Part shown: positions 53,126 to 61,940 of the stretch, piece by piece
Numbering within the stretch: position 1 is the first letter of the stretch
How the letters are laid out: every line of letters starts with the position of its first letter
Source of the DNA: Acidimicrobiales bacterium
GTDB taxonomy: Bacteria > Actinomycetota > Acidimicrobiia > Acidimicrobiales > SZUA-35
Length of the DNA: 64,000 nt
Direction of reading: 5' to 3'
Assembly (NCBI GenBank): GCA_965224435.1
Contig: OZ245048.1
Span: 1,724,511-1,788,510, forward strand
The notes under the pieces: model-generated
What the model saw: only the letters and a program-made list of their open reading frames with translations
What the model was told of the DNA's origin: nothing
The model's database searches: none
Position numbers and translations under genes: made by a program

Positions 53126-54447
53126 CTGGAGGGCTTGAGCAGCACATCAAAGACAGCTCGGGAGAACTCTTCGACCGATTGGTCTTGGAGGGGCTGGACC
53201 AGGTCCAGGGCAACGTCACCGACCTGGTTGTTGCTGATAACAACGGTGATCAAACTATCCACCAGCTCGGAAGAATCCAAAATCGGCTCTAGGCCGGTCT
53301 GGAAGACCACGTTACCTTCGACCAGAATCTGGCCGGCGGTTTCGCTTCTCAGATTGCGGTCAAGAAGGATTCCATGGTGTTGCACGTCCCATATCAAGTT
53401 GTTTCTAACGATGGCCGGAGCACTAAGGACGATTGCGTTTCCGTCGCGCCACGGGCTAGTGCGAGAGATGCTGTAGATCACATTGCGCTCGATCACAACA
53501 TCGGGGCTCGGGCTGCTCCGTTCGCCGATTGACACGACGATCGCACCGCTATTGGCCGTCGCGATGTCGTGAACCAGATTGTCCGATATGACAACATGGC
53601 TGACGGAAGGCTTCACGTCTATGGCCTCAGCGGTGGTGAAAGAGATCTCGTTGTCGTGGATCGAAATATCCGACGTCTGGTCATAACTGCCATCATCTAG
53701 GACCCCACCAGTTCCGAGGTAGATGCCTTCTCCAAAATTTGCGAATGCAGTCGTGCCGTTTGTGCCCGGTCGGCGACCTGTTTGACTGATTGTGTTGTTG
53801 GCGATCTCGATTCGTGTGGAGTTGTCACTAACGAGGATTCCTTCCTGTCCGATGTCGACGATTGTCGAGTCGGCAAGCAAGACATCTGACGAGTCCAGGA
53901 CCAGAAGGCCCCACAATGAATTTTCAATCTGAATGCCCTGGAGGGAAATCTGATCACTTGACTTGATGAGAACACCGGCACGTGTGCCATAACCTGCGGC
54001 GGAGAAGGTCGTTGCATTGTCGGACGCTCCGACCACGATCAGACCAGTCTTGCCCTCGATCGTCAACTCAGAGTAGGTGCCGCTAGCGAAGTGCACGGTG
54101 TCGCCTTCAACTGCCATGCCAATTGCATAATCTGGAGTCCGGACCGGCAAAGCTTGTTCCCTACCCCTTCCAGATTCGTCGACCCCACTCGGGTCGACGA
54201 AGATGTCGTGGGAGGCTTCAACTAGCGTCTCAGGGACAGTGCTCGTGGGTCGCGTTTGTGAACCGCCCAGAGTGGTCGAAGTAGCTGACGTCGCTGTTTG
54301 TGCGTTCTCGCTTGGGCGAATTGGTGCTGGTTGCCCAACCTTTCCTAGCGCAAGTAGAAGCAACAGCGTGGTGATTGAACCCGCGACGGCTCCAAGTAGC
54401 AGCGGCGTGAGAATTGACGAGCTGGGCTTTCGGCTTCTTCGTGACAC
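53122..54447 (-). CDS. right-handed parallel beta-helix repeat protein, N-terminally membrane anchored
   Basis: Has an N-terminal TM 'LTPLLLGAVAGSITTLLLLLAL' and rungs 'IANNTISQTG', 'IHDNEISFTTAEAIDVK', 'ISDNLVHDI', 'IERNVIYSI' and 'VRNNLIWDVQHHGILLD'. Confidence 0.7.
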   Translation of the reverse strand: MSRRSRKPSSSILTPLLLGAVAGSITTLLLLLALGKVGQPAPIRPSENAQTATSATSTTLGGSQTRPTSTVPETLVEASHDIFVDPSGVDESGRGREQALPVRTPDYAIGMAVEGDTVHFASGTYSELTIEGKTGLIVVGASDNATTFSAAGYGTRAGVLIKSSDQISLQGIQIENSLWGLLVLDSSDVLLADSTIVDIGQEGILVSDNSTRIEIANNTISQTGRRPGTNGTTAFANFGEGIYLGTGGVLDDGSYDQTSDISIHDNEISFTTAEAIDVKPSVSHVVISDNLVHDIATANSGAIVVSIGERSSPSPDVVIERNVIYSISRTSPWRDGNAIVLSAPAIVRNNLIWDVQHHGILLDRNLRSETAGQILVEGNVVFQTGLEPILDSSELVDSLITVVISNNQVGDVALDLVQPLQDQSVEEFSRAVFDVLLKPSS

Positions 54448-54564
54448 CAGCTGAGCCTAGATCAAAGGCTAGCGATCCCACCTTCGCCGATGTCGTCGAC
54501 AGGTTGGAGGCAACAGTTTCGATCTCAGCAAGGGCTATGATTTCGTGCTTGTGAGTCAAACACC

Positions 54565-55818
54565 ATGACCAGCGGGCCAGTTGACCTCCGATCCAACACC
54601 ATGTGGGCCTTTGCTGCTGATGGTACGCAAATCGTGCTCACACTGGTTTCCTTCCTCTGGCTGAGCCGCTACCTCGGCAAGGCTGAGTTCGGGATCTATA
54701 GCGGCGCAATTGCAATCTGCGGATTGGCAGCCCTAGCTGGGTATCTCGGTGCCCAACAGGTCCTAATGCTGGATATGTCCGCTGGCGGGTCGTTCTCTGG
54801 CCTGTGGTCGCGTCTTGTCTCCACCGTCGTTGTTGGTGGTCTAGGGGTCGTCGGAGCCCTCATTCTTCTCCAGCCAATCTTGCTCGTCCGGTTGACGCGC
54901 ATTGAGGTGGCCGCCATTGCGCTGTCTCAAGTGATCTTCTTCGGATTTTCCGAGTTCGCACTTGTAGCGGCCCAGGCCCAGCAACGGATGATCGTTGCTT
55001 TTGCAGTGCGGCTCACGTCGGGAGTTGTCCGCCTTGTGGCAGTCGCCTTGTTCGTGGTCTTTGGTGACCCAACCGTCGCTGCTTGGGTCTGGTTCGCCCT
55101 GGCGACGTGGTTCGTATCCGGCTTAGCGGCCATCGTTTGGGTTCGAGTTTTCTTCGCCAGCTGGCCATCCTGGGACCCACCAGACTGGGCAGCGGTTCGT
55201 CGGGGAGTCCCCTTCGTCGTTGGCGGAAGCGGAGCAACAGTTCTGGCGGTCGTCGATCAACCGATGTTGCTCAATTTGGCGGGTGATGATGGCCCATCGG
55301 CAAACGGTCTCTATGCGGTTGGAGCAAAGCTGGCAGCTTTCTCAGCCCTACCGATAACCGCCCTCGTGCGTGCGAGCGACTACGACTTCTATACCGCTGG
55401 CGCCAAAGGTAGACGTGAGGCCCAACGTCTTGCCGTCCGAATGACGAGTCTTGCAGCGGGATACGGAGTCTTCGCTGGCCTTGGCTTGGTAGCAATTTCA
55501 GGCTTCGCCGACGACGTGCTCGGACCAGATTTTGCCGAAACGACCACAGTGCTCCGCTTTCTCTCGCCCCTGCCGTTCATCAAAGCCCTGCAAATCTTTC
55601 CAGCGAACGCCTTGACCGGTTCGGGCCAGCAACAGAGCCGAAACAGGATCATCCTGACTGCCGTGCTTCTCAATGTGTCCATGAATGTCGTGCTCATTCC
55701 TCGTTACACGTGGAGAGGAGCAATCGTGGCGACTCTGGTTGCCGAGACCGTTATGGCCATCTTGTTGTGGGTCTTCTTGCGACGGTCAGTTCGAGCGCAT
55801 GTTGACAGTGCGAAGTGA
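54565..55818 (+). CDS. MOP-superfamily oligosaccharide flippase (Wzx-like)
   Basis: A 417-aa polytopic protein. The N-terminus 'NTMWAFAADGTQIVLTLVSFLWLSRYLGKAEFGIYS' is typical of polysaccharide flippase-family proteins. Confidence 0.7.
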   Translation: MTSGPVDLRSNTMWAFAADGTQIVLTLVSFLWLSRYLGKAEFGIYSGAIAICGLAALAGYLGAQQVLMLDMSAGGSFSGLWSRLVSTVVVGGLGVVGALILLQPILLVRLTRIEVAAIALSQVIFFGFSEFALVAAQAQQRMIVAFAVRLTSGVVRLVAVALFVVFGDPTVAAWVWFALATWFVSGLAAIVWVRVFFASWPSWDPPDWAAVRRGVPFVVGGSGATVLAVVDQPMLLNLAGDDGPSANGLYAVGAKLAAFSALPITALVRASDYDFYTAGAKGRREAQRLAVRMTSLAAGYGVFAGLGLVAISGFADDVLGPDFAETTTVLRFLSPLPFIKALQIFPANALTGSGQQQSRNRIILTAVLLNVSMNVVLIPRYTWRGAIVATLVAETVMAILLWVFLRRSVRAHVDSAK

Positions 55819-55825
55819 TTTCGTT

Positions 55826-56842
55826 CTAGCGATACACAGCCAGATGGCGGCGAATGTTTTGTTGCCAGTCAAACTCGGGCACAGGCGTCTCGGTCCTGTC
55901 ATTCTGGGCCCACTTGAGTATTTCTGGCCAGTCGCGATCCTCGTTCCGCTCAGCGACACAAAATACCCATTCCTCTCCAAGTGAGTCTCTAGCCTGCCGT
56001 GCCTGAGCTGTGTCGGCGGAGATGACTGGAGTTCCAAGAGGGACTGATGCGGGTATGACTCCGGAGTTGAGGGCACCGCCTTGCAGGGCAAGAGATCCAT
56101 CTGCGCTGCTAACCAATTCGGCGAGCTCGACATCAGGGACATAGCGGGCGACCATAGTCGCACCCTCGAGTGAAGCAACCCGGCGGCGAAGCTCCTCGGC
56201 GTAGGCCTGATTCCCGACTCGTCCAACGAACTGCAGAGTGACAGCACCGTCATTAAGTAGTGGTTCAAGAGCATCTAGAGTCGCGAGTTGTTCTTTGTAC
56301 GGATCGATCGTCCCGAACTGGATCAATCGAGGAACCCCGCTCTGGGCTTCCGTTGTGGGTAGAACGCCATTTGAAGAGGCGGACTCGAGAGCCAGTGAGC
56401 CAAGTGGTATTTGGTGGAATGCAACTCCAGAGAGGCGCGGGTAGAGCGAGCGAAGAGGCTGGACATGTTCAGACGAGGTGACGATTACTCCGGTCAGGAG
56501 CCTCTGCACCCACGAAAGAACGATTCGCTGAGCCCAGGCGAATTCGGTTTTGTGTGGGCGGTCGTTGTGAGCGGTCCAAACTACTTGCCTACGCAGCACG
56601 GTCAGAATTGACAAGATGACGAATGTGTTTGCAATCTTGCCGAGACGAACCAGCGGGCTTGGGTGAGAGATGAGGTGCTCGGGCCAGTGGATATGAACCA
56701 CCGCCCGGCGGCTCCGGATAACAGATCCCACCGTCAGAAACTGCACGTTTGCGCCTGACGAGCGAAGTGCATTTGACCAACGCCCAACATAGCTGTTCTC
56801 GCCGAAGAGGGGCCTCGGGTGAGCCAGAACCGTGATCTTCAT
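55826..56842 (-). CDS. probable GT-B fold glycosyltransferase
   Basis: The N-terminus 'MKITVLAHP...IHWPEHL' and the C-terminal segment 'GGALNSGVIPASVPLGTPVIS' resemble GT1-type enzymes. The motif support is weak. Confidence 0.5.
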   Translation of the reverse strand: MKITVLAHPRPLFGENSYVGRWSNALRSSGANVQFLTVGSVIRSRRAVVHIHWPEHLISHPSPLVRLGKIANTFVILSILTVLRRQVVWTAHNDRPHKTEFAWAQRIVLSWVQRLLTGVIVTSSEHVQPLRSLYPRLSGVAFHQIPLGSLALESASSNGVLPTTEAQSGVPRLIQFGTIDPYKEQLATLDALEPLLNDGAVTLQFVGRVGNQAYAEELRRRVASLEGATMVARYVPDVELAELVSSADGSLALQGGALNSGVIPASVPLGTPVISADTAQARQARDSLGEEWVFCVAERNEDRDWPEILKWAQNDRTETPVPEFDWQQNIRRHLAVYR

Positions 56843-56990
56843 GCGGTTGGGTGCATTGATTGGTCGCTGTGCATGATTCGCCCGGGTGGTCGTTGGCTAA
56901 CGGCTCTAGCCGCGCGACTATAAGGTTGCTTCTCGCTGTATGAAACCATTGCCAGCACAATCGGTCAATGGCCGACGTTCGGTGACTTGG

Positions 56991-58727
56991 TCAGCGAGCC
57001 GCTCGCCGGAAGACTAGGAAGCCGCTCAACGATCCTGCCATGAGCAAGAGGAGGACCAAGTGATGGGAGGACTTCCCTGATCGCGATGCTGGGTCATTGA
57101 AGCCCAATTGTTCGGGTGCGGCGTTGTCGGTATCTGAGCTAAATTCGTTGATGGACACGCCGGTCTTGGAGATCTCGAGTTCGGATTCAAGGATGCTGAT
57201 TGTTGGCAGCGGATCCGGTTGCTGGATGCCTGGTGTGTGGTCGGCCTGCACCGATCGATTAGCCGCAGCGGGTCCATCCCCGGCCTGGCCAGCCGCAGCC
57301 ATTTCCGTTGGAGTGAAACTCTGCTGCTCGGCGATGGACTGAGGAGATGCTGTTGGTGAGCCGGCGGAGTGGCCACCCTGCGCTGGAGAATTCGGTTGGG
57401 ATGCCTTGCCTGGCAGCGTTGTCGCTGGCTTCGACTCAGGTGTGGTCGTCGACGGAGTCCGACCCGCTGGAGTCTGGGGAGTCGAGGTCGGCGATACCAC
57501 GGCTGGAGTAGTAGTTGGGGTCGGAGCTGGTGTTGGTTTCGGTGCCGGTTGCTGGATGGGTGCCCCACCCAGACTGGCAACCAGGCTGTCTCGAAGTTGG
57601 ATGACATTTGCACCCGGATTGTCACCCGAAGGCCTTGGTGACGAACCCAAGGCGTTTTCGGCATCGCCAGCGGTCAAGTTGCTGGATAGTTGAGGCTGAG
57701 CCGGATTGGGATCAGTCCAGTGCCCAATCGCATCTCGGCCGGTTTGGAAGACGGCATTGCTTCGCAGTGAAACGGTCTTGTTGGAGGACGCAAAATTGCC
57801 GTCCATCAAAATGCCATGGTGCTCGGTTCCCCAAATGACGTTTGCCTCAACTGTCGATGATGCGCTCAGCGATATGGCATTGCCGTCAGTCCAACGGGTA
57901 TTGGTCGAGATGTTCCAAAGGATGTTTCCGCGAATGAGGACGTTTGGATCGCGGTAGGACCGGATTCCGATGCCGACCACGACAGCACCACTGGTGTTGG
58001 TGTTGATGTCGTGAACCAAGTTCCCTTCGATCCGCACGTTGTACACCGATTGCTTGATGTCGATTGCCTCAGATGTCGTGGCGGAAATGGTGTTGCGTAA
58101 GATGCGAATGTCATGGGTGTCATCGTCGTTCAGGCCGCTACCGGTGCCGATATAGATTCCCTCGCCGTAGTGAGCGTACTGTCCGCCTCTGTTGCCGGTG
58201 TCAGAGATGTGCGAGTCAGCAATGGTCACATCCGATGAGTATCGGTGGACATGGATTCCTTCCTGACCGGTATCAGAGACGTTCAGCCTGAGCAATGAGA
58301 TGCCGCTTGAGCCCTCAACCTTGACACCCCAAAGAGATCTTGACAGTGCGAGATCTTCAACGGAGATACGCTGGCTATCAAGGATGGCCACAGCAGCAGA
58401 GCGTTCATAGCGACCGTCCGAGACAGCGACACCGGCCTCGCCGATGATGCGGAGGTCAGTTCGATTCTGAACAATGAATGATTGATAGGAGCCAGCGGAA
58501 ATCTGGATGGTCGAACCAGCCGGAGCAAGGTCAACGGCCCGTTGGATTTCTCGCACAGCCTCGTTTGATGAGCTTCCAGTCTTGCTGTCATCACCATTTG
58601 GGCTGACGAACAGCGTCGTGCCAGACAAGCTTCCGGAGGCGTCCGCAGCAGCAAGGCCGGGTCCGGCGACAAGAGCCGTGAGTAGTGCAAGCGTTGCACA
58701 AAGAGGAAGAAGTCGAAAGTGTCGCAC
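56991..58727 (-). CDS. right-handed parallel beta-helix repeat exoprotein with Pro/Thr-rich linker and C-terminal TM anchor
   Basis: Has a signal peptide 'LLPLCATLALLTALVAGPGLAAADA'. The rungs 'IADSHISDTG', 'ILRNTISATTSEAIDIK', 'IEGNLVHDI', 'IRGNILWNI' and 'VEANVIWGTEHHGILMD' are collinear with those of 53122..54447. A linker 'PAPKPTPAPTPTTTPAVVSPTSTPQTP' and the terminal 'HHLVLLLLMAGSLSGFLVFRRAAR' follow. Confidence 0.7.
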   Translation of the reverse strand: MRHFRLLPLCATLALLTALVAGPGLAAADASGSLSGTTLFVSPNGDDSKTGSSSNEAVREIQRAVDLAPAGSTIQISAGSYQSFIVQNRTDLRIIGEAGVAVSDGRYERSAAVAILDSQRISVEDLALSRSLWGVKVEGSSGISLLRLNVSDTGQEGIHVHRYSSDVTIADSHISDTGNRGGQYAHYGEGIYIGTGSGLNDDDTHDIRILRNTISATTSEAIDIKQSVYNVRIEGNLVHDINTNTSGAVVVGIGIRSYRDPNVLIRGNILWNISTNTRWTDGNAISLSASSTVEANVIWGTEHHGILMDGNFASSNKTVSLRSNAVFQTGRDAIGHWTDPNPAQPQLSSNLTAGDAENALGSSPRPSGDNPGANVIQLRDSLVASLGGAPIQQPAPKPTPAPTPTTTPAVVSPTSTPQTPAGRTPSTTTPESKPATTLPGKASQPNSPAQGGHSAGSPTASPQSIAEQQSFTPTEMAAAGQAGDGPAAANRSVQADHTPGIQQPDPLPTISILESELEISKTGVSINEFSSDTDNAAPEQLGFNDPASRSGKSSHHLVLLLLMAGSLSGFLVFRRAAR

Positions 58728-58824
58728 GGCAAATCTACGGCGCGTTTATTGTGAAGGTTGAGAAGAATTACCCAGACTTACTTGATCCGTCCCTCCCCGA
58801 GCCGACTGGTTTAGGCTTCCCTTG

Positions 58825-60594
58825 ATGCAGGAACCATCCTCGGAAGAACCTCGCCCCGGCCTGGTTACAACTAGCTTCAAGAGATGGTTGCTGTTCACAT
58901 TTCTCGTGTGGCTTGCGCTTGCTAGTGCGACCTTGGTGAAGGCTCAGAGAGAGGCCCGGGCCGGTGAAGTAGCGTTGCGATCAGTGGCCGACTTGTCAGA
59001 TCCAACGGCTATTGATCTGGATCAGGTGGCTCATTCACTGCGAGTGGGCCAAATAAACCTTGAGTCAGCCGAGGGCAGGCTCAACTCTTCGATCCTGTGG
59101 CCTCTGCGCCCACTCCCATTTGTTGGCCGTCAATTCTCCTCGACACGTGCCCTTGTTGGCACAGCTCAAGATCTCACCGAGGTGGTGCAACCGCTCATTG
59201 CCGATGTGCAGGCAGCCCGAACTGATCCCAACGGTCTTGACCGGATCGCCTTCCTTCGCCGGGTGGCCAACCAGCTTGGCGATTTGGAACAGGTTATCGA
59301 TGGTGCTGATCTTGGCCCAGAGGACGGCCTCATCGGGCCCTTGGCTGAGGGTCGGGTTGAGATGGCGACACAACTGGCTGAGCTCGCTGATCGTGGAGCG
59401 GCCTATCGAGTGGTGACTGATGGTCTCGCCTCGTTTCTTGAGGAAGGCGACTACCTCCTACTCGGTTCCAACAATTCCGAGATGCGACTCGGATCAGGCA
59501 TGCACCTCTCAGTTGGTCGGTTGACAACGAGTGACGGTCGACTTGACCTGGTGGACCTCACACCTAGTGCCGACTTGGCGCCAGTCGTTGGCGCGGACCT
59601 CATCGACGACGATGTGGCAGCAAGATGGGGCTTCCTCGACATCGAGACGGATTTTCGGAAGCTGGGATATTCAGCCAGATTTGATGAGTTCGTGGCCCCG
59701 CAAGCACTGGAGATGTGGCAAGCCAAAACCGGGGAATCCTTGGATGGCGTGATCCTCCTGGACCCATTCGTCCTTGAAGCACTATCGGGAGTGCTTGGAG
59801 ACGTGACGGTTGAAGGCGAAACCTATGACCGGGCAACCTTGCTGGCCTACCTGCTTCGCGATCAATACGACGCAGTCGGAGCCGATGCCACCGAGGAAGA
59901 AAACGAGGTCCGACGAGACCGTCTGGCTCTGCTTGCCGGCGCCATGAGTGAATCATTCGATACTGCGTCATGGGACCCGCTCGACCTGATCCAAGCCCTG
60001 GCCCCAGTTGCTCGGGGGAGACACCTCATGGTGTACAGCAACGATGAATCGGAGCAGCGCGGCTGGGAGGAAATGGGTGTTGCTGGCCAGATCAGTGGCC
60101 ACGAAACTGGAGTATTTTGGCTAAACACGGGCGCTAGCAAGTTGGACTCGTTCCTTTCCGTTGATGTTGAAGTCACTTCTGAGGTGATTGAGGATCGGCG
60201 GAAATTGTCCTTCGTTGTTCAGACAACAAACACGGCTGATGCCAGCATCTCCCGCTACGTGCTCGGCCCGTGGGAGACGCTCGGAATCCCTAAAGCTGGC
60301 GCCTACCGCGGCCGGTTTGCCTTCTATGCACCAAGCGATGCGGCCGACGTAGAGTTCGCCCCCAAACGACCCTTGGATGTGCAAGGACCCGACGGGCGAC
60401 TGTGGCTTGTGTCCAGCGAGCAGATGGTTGTGTTGCCTGGCCGCAGCACAACCATCCGCTTTGAGTACACGGTCCCTCTCGAGCGGTCAACTATCGAGAT
60501 TCTGCCGTCAGGCCGCTTTCCGTTGGTGACATGGAATTGGGACGGCCAAGAGTTTGATGATGCCGAGCGGCGCTCGATCTCGCTTGATGGCTAG
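58825..60594 (+). CDS. DUF4012-like membrane-anchored protein
   Basis: Has an N-terminal TM 'WLLFTFLVWLALASATLV'. Its size and segments such as 'LLLGSNNSEMRLGSGMHLSVGRLTTSDGRLDLVDL' resemble DUF4012 proteins found in actinobacterial glycan loci. This assignment is from memory only. Confidence 0.5.
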   Translation: MQEPSSEEPRPGLVTTSFKRWLLFTFLVWLALASATLVKAQREARAGEVALRSVADLSDPTAIDLDQVAHSLRVGQINLESAEGRLNSSILWPLRPLPFVGRQFSSTRALVGTAQDLTEVVQPLIADVQAARTDPNGLDRIAFLRRVANQLGDLEQVIDGADLGPEDGLIGPLAEGRVEMATQLAELADRGAAYRVVTDGLASFLEEGDYLLLGSNNSEMRLGSGMHLSVGRLTTSDGRLDLVDLTPSADLAPVVGADLIDDDVAARWGFLDIETDFRKLGYSARFDEFVAPQALEMWQAKTGESLDGVILLDPFVLEALSGVLGDVTVEGETYDRATLLAYLLRDQYDAVGADATEEENEVRRDRLALLAGAMSESFDTASWDPLDLIQALAPVARGRHLMVYSNDESEQRGWEEMGVAGQISGHETGVFWLNTGASKLDSFLSVDVEVTSEVIEDRRKLSFVVQTTNTADASISRYVLGPWETLGIPKAGAYRGRFAFYAPSDAADVEFAPKRPLDVQGPDGRLWLVSSEQMVVLPGRSTTIRFEYTVPLERSTIEILPSGRFPLVTWNWDGQEFDDAERRSISLDG

Positions 60595-61940
60595 AGGTTG
60601 ATGGCTGAGATGCTTTGGCCGAGATCGTGCGTCAAGCGCTCATCAGGCGTTCTCAGATCGATCTCGTCAAGCTGATCAGGGACTCGCTTGGCCGCGACTG
60701 GAGAAGTCAATACGACGGCAACACAGATCGCTAACCAAGCAAAGGCCGGAGCTCGAAGCACAGCTTCGCTGATGCCGTCGACAAGGACGAAGGTCAGCAA
60801 AGCTAACGCTAGCGGTTCGGTCATCGATGCCGAGCGAACTAAACCGAGGGCCATCGCCCCAACAAGGAGGGCCGCTCCAATCACACCGGTGGTGAGGGCT
60901 AGATGAAGGGCCAGGTTGTGGGTGTGTTGGGCCCCCCAACCGATCGGTAGCCCTGCGACAACAGAACGGTCGTTTCCGAGCCCGATCCCAATAATGGGTG
61001 AGTCCTTGATCTCGTCAATGACTTGTGGCCAGAGGGTCGAGCGCCCATTGAACGACTGGACCTCGCCTTCAGAAAACGAGGTGGCTTGGGAGAATGCAGT
61101 TGAGTTCCCGATCCCAATAGATCCTGAAAGGGCGAGGGACAGAAGGAGCAGAAGGAGCCCGAGAGCAAGGGCGGCGATCCGACGGCGAGAGACGTGGACG
61201 ACCAGGATTGTGAGAGCGATAGCGAGCCCGAATGCTCCAGTTCGGCTCATGGTGGCTAGGACAAGCAATAGACCCAGGACAGAAGACGCGGCAACAGCGA
61301 GCCGCTGAATTCCAAAGCACTCCCGAGCAAACCAGAGGGAACCGATGCAACCAAGGGCAGCAATCCGAGCAAACTGGTTGGACTCGAGCGACGCGAGGGC
61401 AAGACTGTCGGCCACAAATGGAGACGCGGTCGAGGTCTGGACCAGGATTGCACCGATGAGCAAATGGACCAAGAAGCCTAGCCAGAGCGTCCGAGTAGCT
61501 GCGATCCGGCCACCGTGTCCAACGATGGCGTAGGTGGCACCCATGACCAAGGCAAACCCTCCAGCAGTGGTCAATGAGTGTTGCCAATTGCTGCCTATGG
61601 AGGAAATGACCGACCACAGAACCCAGCTGGTCAAGAAACCTAGCTGGGGCGAAGAATAGAGATTAGGGCGGCGCAGCGAACCGCGAATGTAACTGGCAAC
61701 CAGGGAGCCGAGTAGAGCGATCGCGGTGCCGGCCGACAATATCCGCAAGCTGATTGGATCGCCGAAACGAATCTGGTCAACAGCGGCGACGGCAACAAAG
61801 ACGGCCAGCAACGCCTCTTGCCCGGTTGGAATCAGTAGAGACCGGCGCTCGCTTGTGCTTGAGCTTGCCGGGTCCGGGGGCCTGGTTCCTGGCTTCACGG
61901 GTGCTCGGACTGAGCCCCTCTCGACTTGCTCAGTCGTCAC
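60591..61940 (-). CDS. O-antigen ligase/polymerase family (Wzy_C) membrane protein
   Basis: A polytopic protein containing 'FNGRSTLWPQVIDEIKDSPIIGIGLGN...AQHTHNLALHLALTTGVIG'. Confidence 0.75.
   Translation of the reverse strand: MTTEQVERGSVRAPVKPGTRPPDPASSSTSERRSLLIPTGQEALLAVFVAVAAVDQIRFGDPISLRILSAGTAIALLGSLVASYIRGSLRRPNLYSSPQLGFLTSWVLWSVISSIGSNWQHSLTTAGGFALVMGATYAIVGHGGRIAATRTLWLGFLVHLLIGAILVQTSTASPFVADSLALASLESNQFARIAALGCIGSLWFARECFGIQRLAVAASSVLGLLLVLATMSRTGAFGLAIALTILVVHVSRRRIAALALGLLLLLLSLALSGSIGIGNSTAFSQATSFSEGEVQSFNGRSTLWPQVIDEIKDSPIIGIGLGNDRSVVAGLPIGWGAQHTHNLALHLALTTGVIGAALLVGAMALGLVRSASMTEPLALALLTFVLVDGISEAVLRAPAFAWLAICVAVVLTSPVAAKRVPDQLDEIDLRTPDERLTHDLGQSISAINL

Noticed and set aside
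57026-57664. A 212-aa alternative-frame ORF, plus the plus-strand ORFs 57369..57693, within the Pro/Thr-rich linker of the beta-helix protein.
   Set aside because: Low-complexity GC-rich linker DNA stays open in several frames. Only the 578-aa frame connects a signal peptide, the beta-helix core and the TM anchor.
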